Assembly: GCA_964010765.1 (NCBI GenBank)
Contig: CAXGMD010000003.1
Location: 27,885-91,884 of the forward strand
Direction of reading: 5' to 3'
DNA length: 64,000 nt
Source: an uncultured bacterium
GTDB taxonomy: Bacteria; SAR324; NAC60-12
Shown here in pieces: positions 50,689 through 61,500 of the stretch (position 1 is the stretch's first letter; each line of letters starts with the position of its first letter). A model generated the notes under the pieces. The model worked only from the letters and a program-made list of their open reading frames with translations. It was not told where the DNA came from and searched no databases. Both the position numbers and the translations under genes were made by a program.

Positions 50689-51666
50689 ATGTCTAAGCCC
50701 TGTTTTCGACACATCCCCGTGTTGTTGGCAGAAGTAGTGGCATCTGCGCCCACAAATAGCCAAAGCCTACTTGATTGCACTCTCGGTGGGGCTGGTCACT
50801 CACAGGCTTTGCTGAAGAAATTTCCAACAGCCACCCTGTACGGGATTGATCGTGACCCTACGGCCTTAGCGGCCTCACGCCACCGACTCGCTGAATTTCC
50901 AGGAGTCACAGCAATTGAACAGGCTAGTTTTCTGGAGTTGTCGTACTGGGCTGGGCGGTGGGACACTTCCTTCGATTTCATACTTGCAGACCTGGGGATG
51001 TCCTCAGAACAGTTGGCAGCTCCAGAGCGTGGTTTTTCCTTTTTGCAGGAAGGGCCTCTCGACATGCGAATGGATCCATTTAGACAGGTGGAAACAGCCG
51101 CACAGATCCTTCAGCAACGAAGTGAATTTGAAATCCGCAGACTGCTGCAAACTTACGGAGAAGAGCGTTTTGCTCCACAAATTGCTCGTGCCATTGTGAA
51201 GCATCGTACCAATACTCCACTCATCACAACCAGAGATTTAGCTGAGTTAGTGGAACGTGTGATTCCAAGAAAATTCCAGAAGCCCAACTTCCACCCAGCT
51301 ACCCAAACCTTTCAAGCACTGCGGATGGAAGTAAATCAGGAACCCGAAGAAATCAATGCCTTGCTCGACTTCGCGATTGAGAATTTGAGGCCCGGAGGAC
51401 GCCTAGCTATCATCTCCTTCCACTCCTTGGAGGATCGTCCCGTTAAGCAGAGATTTCGGGAATGGGAGCGACCCTGCCGCTGTCCATCAGACTTGCCACG
51501 CTGTGTTTGTGGTCGACAGGCTCTTGGGGTCTCTCTGCAGCGTAAGCCAATTGTTGCAGGTGCCGAGGAAATCGAGCAAAATCCTCGGAGTCGTAGCGCT
51601 CGTCTGCGTGTTTTCGAACGCAATGCTGTCTGCTTTCCAGGATCTGACAAGGAGTCTGAGGACTGA
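50689..51666 (+). CDS. rsmH: 16S rRNA m4C1402 methyltransferase
   Basis: HIPVLL, DCTLGGAGHS, GPLDMRMD, SFHSLEDR, NPRSRSARLR. Confidence 0.96.
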   Translation: MSKPCFRHIPVLLAEVVASAPTNSQSLLDCTLGGAGHSQALLKKFPTATLYGIDRDPTALAASRHRLAEFPGVTAIEQASFLELSYWAGRWDTSFDFILADLGMSSEQLAAPERGFSFLQEGPLDMRMDPFRQVETAAQILQQRSEFEIRRLLQTYGEERFAPQIARAIVKHRTNTPLITTRDLAELVERVIPRKFQKPNFHPATQTFQALRMEVNQEPEEINALLDFAIENLRPGGRLAIISFHSLEDRPVKQRFREWERPCRCPSDLPRCVCGRQALGVSLQRKPIVAGAEEIEQNPRSRSARLRVFERNAVCFPGSDKESED

Positions 51667-51667
51667 A

Positions 51668-51943
51668 ATGGCCAAGAAGGAACGCCTGGATGTGATCATC
51701 AATGACATGAACCGGAACCCACACCACTGGCGACTGGATCAGTTTCGTGCGATGCATCGCAACGGCATGAAGATCTGGATTGGCAACGGCTTCTTTGGCT
51801 ACCACGTGGAACAGCCCAATTATTATGAACCTACTCTGCGTGAAAAATGGCAGTTGCATAAAGCCCTCCGACGATTACGTGCCTACATTGCCGATTACAT
51901 CGCCAACAAGCAGACTCCTCCAAAGCCTCCTACCACCTCATAA
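51668..51943 (+). CDS. Hypothetical protein (91 aa)
   Basis: GAGGA before ATG 51668, which follows the rsmH stop by one base. Confidence 0.65.
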   Translation: MAKKERLDVIINDMNRNPHHWRLDQFRAMHRNGMKIWIGNGFFGYHVEQPNYYEPTLREKWQLHKALRRLRAYIADYIANKQTPPKPPTTS

Positions 51944-51981
51944 GCATTGTATCCAAATATCTTTTTCATTCTGGAAGAACC

Positions 51982-53103
51982 ATGGCTCGTTTGTTCGAAC
52001 CCTTGACCCTAAAAAGTGTCACGACACTCAATCGGATCGTGATTTCTCCCATGTGCCAGTACTCTGCAAAGGAAGGCCTTGCCAATGATTGGCATTTTGC
52101 TCATCTCTCGACCTTTGCGCTAGGAGGAGCTGGGATTATCTTCACTGAAGCAACCGCAGTTTTACCTGAAGGACGCATTACTCATGGTGATCTAGGCTTG
52201 TGGTCTGATGAACACGCAGCAGCTCTGAGACCTATCGTTGCCTTCCTCAAACAACAAGGCGCCCAACCTGCAATTCAATTGGCTCATGCTGGTCGCAAAG
52301 CAAGTACGCAGCGGCCCTGGTATGGTAACGGCCCTTTAGAACCAGCGGATATTGAGCGTGGGGATCTACCTTGGGAGATTGTCGGACCCAGCACTGAGCC
52401 AGTTGGTCCGAACTGGTTGATTCCACATGAGCTAGACCAAGTGCAGATAAGAGAGTTACCCAAGGCCTTTGCGGAAGCGGTGCAGCGCGCGTGCTCTATT
52501 GGGTTCACAATCGCTGAGGTACACGGAGCTCATGGCTATCTTCTGCATAGTTTTCTCTCCCCCATTTCCAATAAACGTACAGATCAGTATGGTGGTTCAC
52601 TGGCGAACAGGATGCGCCTACCTTTGGAAGTGACAGAGGCTGTTCGTAATGCTTGGCCCGAAGAACTTCCGTTGTTCTTCCGAGTTTCTGCAATTGATGG
52701 GATGGAGGGTGGTTGGGAGTTGGAAGACTCTGTGAGCCTGGCCAAAGAACTCAGGGAGCGAGGTGTGGACGTAATCGATTGTTCTTCCAGGGGAATTGCT
52801 GGTCCAGCAACTGTTGGCCAAGCACCGGCCTTGGGGCATCAAGTCCCTTTTTCAGAGCGAATTCGTAGAGAAGCAGAACTCGCAACAATGGCAGTTGGGC
52901 TCATCATCGATCCGCAGCAAGCTGAGAAAATCCTTGCCGAAGGGAAGGCCGATCTGGTTGCTCTTGCACGCGAAGCCTTGCGTAATCCCTTCTGGCCACA
53001 TCATGCCTATCAGTCATTAGTCAGTGAACAAGATTTTAGTACTTGGCCCGTTCAATATGGTTGGTGGTTAGAACGCAGGCGCTACTCACGGGATAACGCC
53101 TGA
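51982..53103 (+). CDS. NADH:flavin oxidoreductase (Old Yellow Enzyme, YqjM/NamA-like)
   Basis: SPMCQYSA, QLAHAGRKAS, HGAHGYLLHSFLSP.SN.RTDQYGG. Confidence 0.93.
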   Translation: MARLFEPLTLKSVTTLNRIVISPMCQYSAKEGLANDWHFAHLSTFALGGAGIIFTEATAVLPEGRITHGDLGLWSDEHAAALRPIVAFLKQQGAQPAIQLAHAGRKASTQRPWYGNGPLEPADIERGDLPWEIVGPSTEPVGPNWLIPHELDQVQIRELPKAFAEAVQRACSIGFTIAEVHGAHGYLLHSFLSPISNKRTDQYGGSLANRMRLPLEVTEAVRNAWPEELPLFFRVSAIDGMEGGWELEDSVSLAKELRERGVDVIDCSSRGIAGPATVGQAPALGHQVPFSERIRREAELATMAVGLIIDPQQAEKILAEGKADLVALAREALRNPFWPHHAYQSLVSEQDFSTWPVQYGWWLERRRYSRDNA

Positions 53104-53155
53104 TTCCAGCATTTTTGGAGGAGTAGAGAGAGAAGCGGAAAGCAAAAATTTAAAC

Positions 53156-54244
53156 TCAGCTACCCAGAGGATTGGGAATGGTAACACTAAGTTCCGTTGA
53201 AATCTCGATCAACTGATCACAAATCGACTGTCCGAGTTCAATGCCATTCATCTTAGCAGCTCTGCGCCTTGTACGCTCTGGGTCACCGGGCATGAGCACA
53301 GGCTGATCCTGATGGCGTGGTGCTGAATTTCTGATTGCGGTGACAAAATCTTCAACCTCTTGTCGCATTCCGTTGCCTTGGTCAAACTTTGCAGGATCAA
53401 AAACAATCGAGAGCATTCCGTTACAGAAAGGCCTCTCATACGCATTGGTGCCGGAACCAGTCAGCGCTCCTGCCAACAACTCACAGGCAAGACCAAGCCC
53501 TGATCCTTTGTGTTCTCCAAATGTCTGAATGGCTCCTGTCCCTCCCCTTGGGTTGGGCACCCCAGAAGTCGCAGTTTCACCGTAGATCGTTACTGGATGG
53601 TCGGAGTCAGCTCCCGTTTCATCAACCATTGCATCAGGTGGGAGAGGTGTTCCTGTCTTTAGGCTGACTAGGATCTTGCCCTCGGCAACACGACTTGTCG
53701 CGAAATCAAGAATGAAATGATCTGACTCTCCGGAATCCAGAAATCGCGGAACACCGATCGCAATCGGGGCAGTTGATAATTGAGCCTCACGTCCTCCGAA
53801 TGGAGCAACGATTCGTGAGCCTGCAACATTGACGAAGTGCAGGGAAATCAGCCCTTGATCTGCCAGCAGTTCGGCCCAACCACCAATACGGCCCAAATGA
53901 CCTGCGTGGCGCAACCCAATCAGCGCAAGCCCCTCTGACTGAACGATCTCACAGGCTTCGCGAACCACGTGATGTCCGAGCACCTGACCAAAGCTGTATT
54001 GCCCATCGAAGAGGCGTAAAGAACCAGAAGACATCAACGTTGTATAAGCGCAGACTGGTCGCACTTTCTGCTGCTTGATATAGTCCATGTACCGGGGTAC
54101 TCGTACAATTCCATGGCTTGGGTGCCCAGAGGCATCAGCGTCCACTAGATGAATTGCGATCAGGCGAGCTTCTTCTCCAGGACACCCAGCCACGGCGAAG
54201 AGTTGGGATAGCCAGTCTTCCAAAATCGTTTGCTGAACCAGCAT
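53156..54244 (-). CDS. Ldh_2 family (malate/lactate/ureidoglycolate) dehydrogenase
   Basis: GHPSHG, HLGRIG, LDFATS.VAEGK, HKGSGL, MPGDPE. Confidence 0.9.
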   Translation of the reverse strand: MLVQQTILEDWLSQLFAVAGCPGEEARLIAIHLVDADASGHPSHGIVRVPRYMDYIKQQKVRPVCAYTTLMSSGSLRLFDGQYSFGQVLGHHVVREACEIVQSEGLALIGLRHAGHLGRIGGWAELLADQGLISLHFVNVAGSRIVAPFGGREAQLSTAPIAIGVPRFLDSGESDHFILDFATSRVAEGKILVSLKTGTPLPPDAMVDETGADSDHPVTIYGETATSGVPNPRGGTGAIQTFGEHKGSGLGLACELLAGALTGSGTNAYERPFCNGMLSIVFDPAKFDQGNGMRQEVEDFVTAIRNSAPRHQDQPVLMPGDPERTRRRAAKMNGIELGQSICDQLIEISTELSVTIPNPLGS

Positions 54245-54346
54245 GGCTGAATTCCTTTCTGTATTGTAATCAATGTCCTAAAGATTCAGGACTCGCGGAA
54301 ATACGATCTTGGAACAAGAATGCTTCGACCAAGTATGAACCGCGGA

Positions 54347-55273
54347 TTATACAGCAAGACTTCTTGAACGGAACCCTCTAATCTGAGGAACCAGTACTCC
54401 AAGAATAACCAGAGAACCACCCAACAGCAGGGGAGGGGTGAGCGGTTCGTTCAGCAGCAACCATGACAGAATACAGCCCAGTGGAATGGTGAGTATGATC
54501 ATCAAGCTGGCCACACCCATCGGGAGTTGACGTAGAGCCCGATTGTAGAGAAGAAACGGCAGTGCGATAGAACTCATCAGGTAAACAACCAAGACCCAAT
54601 CATAAGTTGAGCTCATGGTAGGAAACAGAAATATTTCTTGATCAAACCACAAAACTCCTAAAGTCACTAAAGAAGCCATGGTCATCTGACAAGCAGTGGT
54701 TGGTAACAGGGCACGCTCAGCTTTCATTACCCTTCTGGTCAATAACTGATTCACTCCTGCCAGAAGGTAGCAGAGTAGCAGCAGAGCGTTCCCCAACCCC
54801 ATGTTCCAGTCCAGTTCCTGTCCCTGAAGGAAGATCAACATGCCTGCGATGGCTAACGTACCACCAATCCATACAGAGGCCTGAAAGGGCTCCTTCAGAA
54901 AGAAGCGACCCAGCAGCGACTGAATAAAGGGGAGTAGGCAACTGAAAAGAATCACATTCGGCAACGGAACCATCGTCATCGCCAACAAAAACAAAATGGA
55001 GTTGATACCTGGTTCAATCAGGCCCATTAGAAAAGGTTCAAAGCCAAGCTCGCGCCAGCTAAACTTGATTTTCCATACCAACATAAGCCCCCAAATCAGC
55101 AACGCTGCTGAGATCACCCGAGCTGTTGCGATCAGGTTGGGAGAGGCGTGCTCCAACGCAATTTTCATGGCCACTGGATTGAGTGACCAGAAAAAGACCG
55201 CAAGGAGCATAAAAACGTTTGCTCGGGAATCTGTTAATGATTTTTCGAAGACGCTAACGGATTGCACGCTCAA
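54347..55273 (-). CDS. DMT/EamA family transporter
   Basis: About ten TM helices in two repeats; FLKEP and LLNEP motifs. Confidence 0.88.
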   Translation of the reverse strand: MSVQSVSVFEKSLTDSRANVFMLLAVFFWSLNPVAMKIALEHASPNLIATARVISAALLIWGLMLVWKIKFSWRELGFEPFLMGLIEPGINSILFLLAMTMVPLPNVILFSCLLPFIQSLLGRFFLKEPFQASVWIGGTLAIAGMLIFLQGQELDWNMGLGNALLLLCYLLAGVNQLLTRRVMKAERALLPTTACQMTMASLVTLGVLWFDQEIFLFPTMSSTYDWVLVVYLMSSIALPFLLYNRALRQLPMGVASLMIILTIPLGCILSWLLLNEPLTPPLLLGGSLVILGVLVPQIRGFRSRSLAV

Positions 55274-55352
55274 GACTTTCCTTGCCCAAAGTTGTTTGCA
55301 GAAGAATTGAAAATAAACTTTGAACTACACTGGAAATTGAGCAGGAATAGAA

Positions 55353-55390
55353 ATGATTAGTTTTCATCAACTTCATAAATAAAATTTATG
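55353..55390. promoter_or_regulatory. Two LysR T-N11-A boxes
   Basis: ATGATTAGTTTTCAT (55353-55367) and CATAAAT-AAA-ATTTATG (55374-55390), 22 bp apart, between divergent eamA and lysR. Confidence 0.65.
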
Positions 55391-55392
55391 GT

Positions 55393-56286
55393 ATGTGGGA
55401 TGACCTTCCTTCCTTAGAGCTATTACGAACTTTTGAGATCGTAGCCCGTCATCAAAGTTTCACCGGAGCTGCCTCTGAACTACACATCACTCAAGCGGCA
55501 GTGAGCCATCAGATTCGCACCTTGGAAGAATTTCTGGGCTATCGTCTGTTCATTCGCAAAGAACGTCCAATCAGCCTTACGCCTGAAGGACAAGTGTTGC
55601 TACCCCAAGTCTTATCTGGCTTGCAGGGGATCAAAGCCGCCTTGGATCAACTGCAGGAAGAAGCTACGGCAGAGACCCTGGTAGTGAGGGTGGGACCGAT
55701 GTTTGGTGCCAATTGGCTGGCCCAACGGATTGGAGGATTTTATCGCCTGCACCCGGAAGTCAGTCTGCAACTAAAGATCACTCTGATCGATACGCTACCT
55801 GACTTTGTCCGAGAGAAGCTTGATGTTGCGGTGGTTTGGGGGGATGGCCACTGGGAAGATGTAGTCGTTGAACGACTGTTACCACTCAGCTATACACCAG
55901 TGTGTAGTCCTGATTTACTGCGCGCCGAACAACCAATTCATAGTCCGGAAGACTTGAAGAATTATCCTCTTCTCCATGGCTATAGTTATGACGAGTGGAA
56001 AAACTGGCTGAAAAGAGCAGGGAAACCCTACCTACCCTGTCGAAGAGGACCGGTGATTGATGACTTCAACGTTGTCATGAACTCTGCGATTGACGGGCAA
56101 GGAGTTGCTTTGTGCGGGCTGGAAATGGTTCGAAAGCACTTGGAAGCCGGCAGGCTCGTACAACTGTTTGAGACCACGATCACCAGTGAAGAAGCCTATC
56201 ACCTTGTATACCCTGAAGCCGCGCTGGAGCGTGAGGTTGTCAAGGTTTTCCGAGATTGGCTACTCTCTATGATACCTAATAGTTAG
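55393..56286 (+). CDS. LysR-family regulator, GcvA-like
   Basis: LPSLELLRTFE..ARHQSFTGAASELHITQAAVSHQIR; AIDGQGVAL. Confidence 0.93.
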   Translation: MWDDLPSLELLRTFEIVARHQSFTGAASELHITQAAVSHQIRTLEEFLGYRLFIRKERPISLTPEGQVLLPQVLSGLQGIKAALDQLQEEATAETLVVRVGPMFGANWLAQRIGGFYRLHPEVSLQLKITLIDTLPDFVREKLDVAVVWGDGHWEDVVVERLLPLSYTPVCSPDLLRAEQPIHSPEDLKNYPLLHGYSYDEWKNWLKRAGKPYLPCRRGPVIDDFNVVMNSAIDGQGVALCGLEMVRKHLEAGRLVQLFETTITSEEAYHLVYPEAALEREVVKVFRDWLLSMIPNS

Positions 56287-56692
56287 AATCAAAAATCTAC
56301 TCAGATGAACTAATCTCAAAGCAACATAAAAATCCAAAGCAGTCTTCGCTAATGCACCCACTCTACTTGACTCTCACAGAAAAACAGCAATTGCCCTCTT
56401 TCCTGCAGACGTTGATGGGAGTTGACATAGACAAGTTGGTGGATGATGCGATGAACACTCTGATTGGAGATCATCAAGTGACTTACTCAGTGAAATTCTT
56501 CAGTAGCCAGAAGTATTGTAGCTAGCAACCGCGAAATCGCTGATCAGCCAACTTTTGTACAAACCTACTGAATGAACGAAACACTTGACAAAATTTACCA
56601 TTTAATTGATTTGTTTCATTTTCAGGAGAATAGTTACTCAAACCACTTTGGTTTTTCCCCAGAAAATAGGAAGCAGAGAGTCGAAAACATCC

Positions 56693-57502
56693 ATGCCAAT
56701 GCACAGATCTCTTGAAAAGGTTCTGCAATATGACCGTTGGGTAATTATTGCGCTTTTGGTGACTGTTACAATCAGCAGTTGGCTGTTTGTAATCAAAGGT
56801 GCCGGTACGGGAATGTCTGCTGCGATGATGACAGGGATTGACCTTGCTACTGGAGGTGGTATGCGAATGCCCGCTGAGATGCCCTCCTGGACATTTGCGT
56901 ACGCGATAATTATGTTTTTCATGTGGTGGATCATGATGATCGCCATGATGCTGCCAAGTGCTAGTCCAACTATTCTACTCTTTGCTCGCGCCAGACATGA
57001 CAAGCAAGAGACAGATAAAGCCCATTTACCTTCAACAGTTTTTGCTTCAGGTTATCTCCTTGCTTGGGCCGTGTTCAGTGCGATTGCGGTCATTGCTCAG
57101 TGGGCCCTTGAAGGAGTACAACTCCTGAATAAGATGATGGTTTCGACGTCGCCTGTACTCGGAGGTGGGCTACTACTTGTTGCAGGACTATGGCAGTTTA
57201 CACCTTGGAAACACGCATGTTTGCGTCATTGCCGTTCGCCACTTACATTTCTGATGACACGCTGGAGGCCGGGGTTGAAAGGCGCGCTTATCATGGGGGT
57301 TGACCATGGCTCATTTTGCCTTGGTTGCTGTTGGTTCCTGATGGCACTGCTCTTTTTCGGTGGGATCATGAATTTGTGGTGGATTGGGGGCTTAGCACTC
57401 TATGTTTTAGCTGAAAAAACCTTACCCTCAGGGCATTGGGTCGGGTATGGATTTGGTCTCATACTAGTCATCTGGGGCGGCTGGATGATGATTTCCGTTT
57501 AA
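56693..57502 (+). CDS. DUF2182 predicted metal-binding membrane protein
   Basis: MWWIMMIAMMLPS, QFTPWKHACLRHCRSP, CLGCCWFLM..GIMNL, EK. Confidence 0.9.
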   Translation: MPMHRSLEKVLQYDRWVIIALLVTVTISSWLFVIKGAGTGMSAAMMTGIDLATGGGMRMPAEMPSWTFAYAIIMFFMWWIMMIAMMLPSASPTILLFARARHDKQETDKAHLPSTVFASGYLLAWAVFSAIAVIAQWALEGVQLLNKMMVSTSPVLGGGLLLVAGLWQFTPWKHACLRHCRSPLTFLMTRWRPGLKGALIMGVDHGSFCLGCCWFLMALLFFGGIMNLWWIGGLALYVLAEKTLPSGHWVGYGFGLILVIWGGWMMISV

Positions 57503-57522
57503 TCTTCAAAAAAGGATAGAAA

Positions 57523-58134
57523 ATGGGATGGAATATTGAAGGACAGTATGTGGAAACCTGTAATTGTGCTTTCCTCTGTCCGTGTATAACTTCAAACTTG
57601 TCAGCAAAACCAACTGAAGGTGATTGTAAAGCGGCTCTCGGGATGAGGATTGATAGCGGCGAAAAAGATGGGGTGAGTCTCAGTGGATTATCCTTTGTTG
57701 TCTTACTGCACTCCCCAGGACCCATGGTAGATGGCAACATCAAAGTTGGTTTGATCATTGATGAGAAAGCTGACGATGCTCAAGCTGACGCGATCAGTCA
57801 GATTGCATCAGGCTCAGTAGGAGGCCCAATGGCTGCTTTGGCACCCTTGGTTGGAGAAATGGCGGGCATCGAAAAAAGAGCCATCTCCATTGAAGGAGAA
57901 GGCCTTACATTTTCGCTTGAGGCTGGAGAACTTGTAAACCTATCAGTGGAGGGACTGCCGGGGGCAAATGAAGATGGTGAGCCTATTTACCTTGAGCACG
58001 TACCTCATCCAGCCAATTCCCGACTTGCTTTAGCTAAAGCCACTAACAGTGCATTTCATGCATTTGGCATAGACTGGGATGATTCTACTGGATTGCGGAA
58101 TGGCCATTTCCAAAAATTTTCTTGGGCAGCTTGA
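57523..58134 (+). CDS. DUF1326 family protein
   Basis: W.IEGQYVETCNCAFLCPC, PTEGDC, PGPMVDGN, IDEKA, C-terminal FSWA. Confidence 0.9.
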   Translation: MGWNIEGQYVETCNCAFLCPCITSNLSAKPTEGDCKAALGMRIDSGEKDGVSLSGLSFVVLLHSPGPMVDGNIKVGLIIDEKADDAQADAISQIASGSVGGPMAALAPLVGEMAGIEKRAISIEGEGLTFSLEAGELVNLSVEGLPGANEDGEPIYLEHVPHPANSRLALAKATNSAFHAFGIDWDDSTGLRNGHFQKFSWAA

Positions 58135-58194
58135 ACAAGCTTGCTCACTCTGATGACTTCATCACAGCAGAATCTTAGCTAAGAAAAATTCTTC

Positions 58195-58232
58195 TGATGG
58201 CAGGCGATTCAAAAAAATCTGGTCTGCCATCA
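58195..58232. terminator. Hairpin between convergent genes
   Basis: TGATGGCAGGC...GTCTGCCATCA. Confidence 0.55.
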
Positions 58233-58241
58233 CTAATGTAT

Positions 58242-58580
58242 TCAGTAAAAATCAACCCACTCCTCAAACTGCTCTAGGTCTTCGTAAGAGCATGAGCCTG
58301 GCCCTTCCGCTTCGGACAGATAGCGGAACACCACCATCGGTCCCCAGCACTCTCGTTCTTGCAGATACCAACGGGTCTGACGTTCCTGCCACTCTCCCTC
58401 GCCATCCACATAGCCCAGAAACGGCTCGTTCAGCTCAATCAGATCCGTTGCGTCACAGCGGAGCAGCTCACACAACGTGTCCAGATCCAAATCTAGATCC
58501 ACCAGTTCAACAAGGTGTTCATCAGGATCAATGTAGATCCACCAGCCCTGATATTCAGGGCTTGCATCGTCGGGGTCCAT
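58242..58580 (-). CDS. Acidic hypothetical protein, DUF3846-like
   Basis: IDP, LDTLCELLRC, YVDGEG, GPMVV; 11 nt downstream of the sbcC stop. Confidence 0.6.
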   Translation of the reverse strand: MDPDDASPEYQGWWIYIDPDEHLVELVDLDLDLDTLCELLRCDATDLIELNEPFLGYVDGEGEWQERQTRWYLQERECWGPMVVFRYLSEAEGPGSCSYEDLEQFEEWVDFY

Positions 58581-58591
58581 CCGTGTTCCAG

Positions 58592-61500
58592 CTAGGAAGA
58601 GACAAATTGTTTGGGTTGATTTTCAACTAATGGTTTTGGGATCACAGCCAGAGTGCTATTTCCACTATTATTCTTGCGCACCTGAATCTGTGTCGTCAAG
58701 CGCTCCTTGAGGGCTTCCACGTGAGAGATAATCCCAATCGTCTTGCCTCCGGCCTGTAGTGTCTCCAATGCAGCCAACGCGGTGTCAAGGGTGTCGGCAT
58801 CCAGCGTACCGAAACCTTCATCAATGAACAGAGAATCAATCGGGTGGTTACGACGTGCCAGGTCAGACAAGCCCAGCGCCAGCGCCAGACTAACCAGAAA
58901 AGTCTCTCCACCGGAAAGGCTCTCCAGTGATCGCACTGCATCTGCCTGATAGCGATCCACGATGTCCATCTCGACACAGGCTCCTTGTCGCTTTTGCAGC
59001 TGATAACGATCTGAGAGTTTCTGCAGGTGTCGATTGGCCAGCTTGACCAAATGCGCTAACGTCAGGCTCTGGGCAAACCGAGAAAATTTGGTTCCATCTG
59101 CTGAGCCAATCAGTTCAGACAGGGACGCCCAGCGGCGGTGTTCCTGCTGCTGCTGCTCGATTTGATCAGCAAGTACTCGCTGGTTTTGACGCAGTTCTGC
59201 GTCTTTTGCCAGTTGAACCTGCACCCCTCCCAGTTGCTGTGACAACTCATCCTGCTGCAAACGCAGTTGTTCTAGCTGTGCCTGAAGTTCTTCCTCGGTA
59301 TGTGTTGTACGTGCCTCCTGCTCCAAAGAGGCACGGCGCATCTGCTCATTACCCAAGTCGTGACGGCTGATCGACAGGCGCTGATTCAACTGCTGGTCTT
59401 GCTGATTCAATTCTTCCGCTTCGATAGAGTCGAGGCATCCCATTTCAGCTTCTGCAATCGAAGCATATCCCAAAGCCTGCAGCGCAAAAAGTAGCTCTTC
59501 CTGGTTCTGCGTGTGCTCCTGCTGCCCACGAGCGTACTCTTCCTCCATCCACTGCAGACGTTGCTGCTCCTGCTGGAGTGCCTGGATTTTCTCTTCAAAA
59601 CTTCGGCGGCTGGCTGCCTGTTTTTCCTGACAGGCCTGAAGCTGAGAAAGCTGCTCCTGTTCCAAAGCTTTGGGGTCTGGATGCTCCAAAATCTTGAGCC
59701 GCTGCTGTTGGAGAAGTTGGAGCTTCGTCAATTCCTGCTGCTGCTCTTCCGCTAAGCTTTGTTGCTGTTGCTCCTGCTGGCCCAGTGTCGCTTGGTCTCT
59801 CTCCAGTCGTTGCTGGCGTTGAGACAGTTCAGGGCCTTCTCGATCTTCAGCCTGCTGCTGTTTTTGGAAGGCTTGCCACTGCTCTTGCAATCTAGCCAGC
59901 AAAGATTCTGGCTCAAGTGCTTTCTCTGCTGAACCAACAGCTTGTGCTTGCTCCTGCCAAGAATCTTGCAATTGAAGCACAAGCTGTTGCTCTTCTTTGG
60001 CCTGTTTTTCCAAGTCTTTTTGTTGCCGTTGATGAAGCTTTTGGCGCTCATTCAGCGCAGCTTGTCTCTCCTTCAATTCAGCGCGTTTATTCTGCAGGAC
60101 GATTTGCTCTTCCTGAAGCTGACGCCGCATTCCATCTAACTTTTCAACAGCGCCCAGTTTCTGCTCAGTCGCCTGAAATTGTTCTTGCCAAGACAAATAC
60201 AGTGTTTGGACACCTATCCGGTCTGTAAGTAGCCTGACACTCTCTGGAGGAATTTGTGAGTTCACATCATCAAATGCTGACTGAATTTTTTGTGCTTCCT
60301 GTTGAAGTTGCTCGGATCTTTCGTGAGTAATTTCTGAGCGGGCCTTGAGTTGAGTCTGCTCTCGCTGAAGGTTTGTCAGCTCTTGCTCAATTTCTTTGCA
60401 GCGCTGCTTCAGGTGCTCCACCAACTCCGCTTCTTGTTCCACAGAAGGAATCTTGTTCGAAATCACAAAAGGATGCTCGGTTGAACCACAGAGCGGACAT
60501 GGCTGATTTAGCTGTAGTTGCGTACGAGCCGCTTCGTAATCCCGAATCAGTCGGCTCTGTTCTAACAGGCGCTGTTTGTCGTGCAAGTGTTCCTGAGTTT
60601 GTTGCAGTAAGTGATCTTGATGAAGATGTTGTTCTCCTAACTGCACTAGTTTCAACTGAAACTCCCTCTCCTGTTGCTCGAACTTGGAACGCTCCAACTG
60701 AACATCCTGAAAACGTTGGCTCAATTCGGTCAGTTTCTCTCCCAAACGGAGGAGACGTTGTGCTTCCCGTTGAGTTACTTGCCAATCTCCAAGAGGTCGA
60801 TCTTCCAATAACACCTCTTCTTGCTCTCGAAGTGACTGAGCACGTTGTTCCAACGGCAGGGATTCTTCGGCAAGGTCATTTTCCAATTGCTGAAGCTCTG
60901 AAGACTGCTTGACTTCTTCGGCTTGTTGTCTCTCAAATCGATGAAGGGCAGCCTGACTCTGTTGCCATTGCTGCTGCTTTTGTTGCCATTGCTGCCAAAT
61001 ATCACGTAACTCTGGAAGTGCCAGTTCCAACTGCTGACAGCTACGCTGCTCCACTAGCCACTGCTGGCGTTGCTGTTGGCGTAGTAAAGCCTGCTGGACC
61101 CAGGTATCTTCCTGGAGGAGTTGCTGACGTTGTTGATGGATGGTTTGTTCAAGGCGGGTTTGTTCCTGTTGACGAGACTCCCAACGCACCTGCTGTGTTT
61201 GGATCTGTGCATCCACTTCCAAAGCCAAACGGATGGGTTCAATTAGCTGTTGATATTGCTTTTCCTGATCCTGCAAACGTTCCTGATCCTGTTGTGCAGA
61301 CACCTCTAATTGCTGCACTTCCTGCTGCTTGATGCCCAGTTCCTCTCGTATGCGCTGCTGGTTGAATTGTTGCTGCTCCAACTGCTTTGCCTGCTTTTGC
61401 TGGGATTGCCACTGAGGCTGGAAAGGCTGAAGTTGATGATGCCTTTGCAAACGTTGCTGCTGTGGGGCAAAGGATTCAAGAGCCTGCTGAGCAGCTGTAA

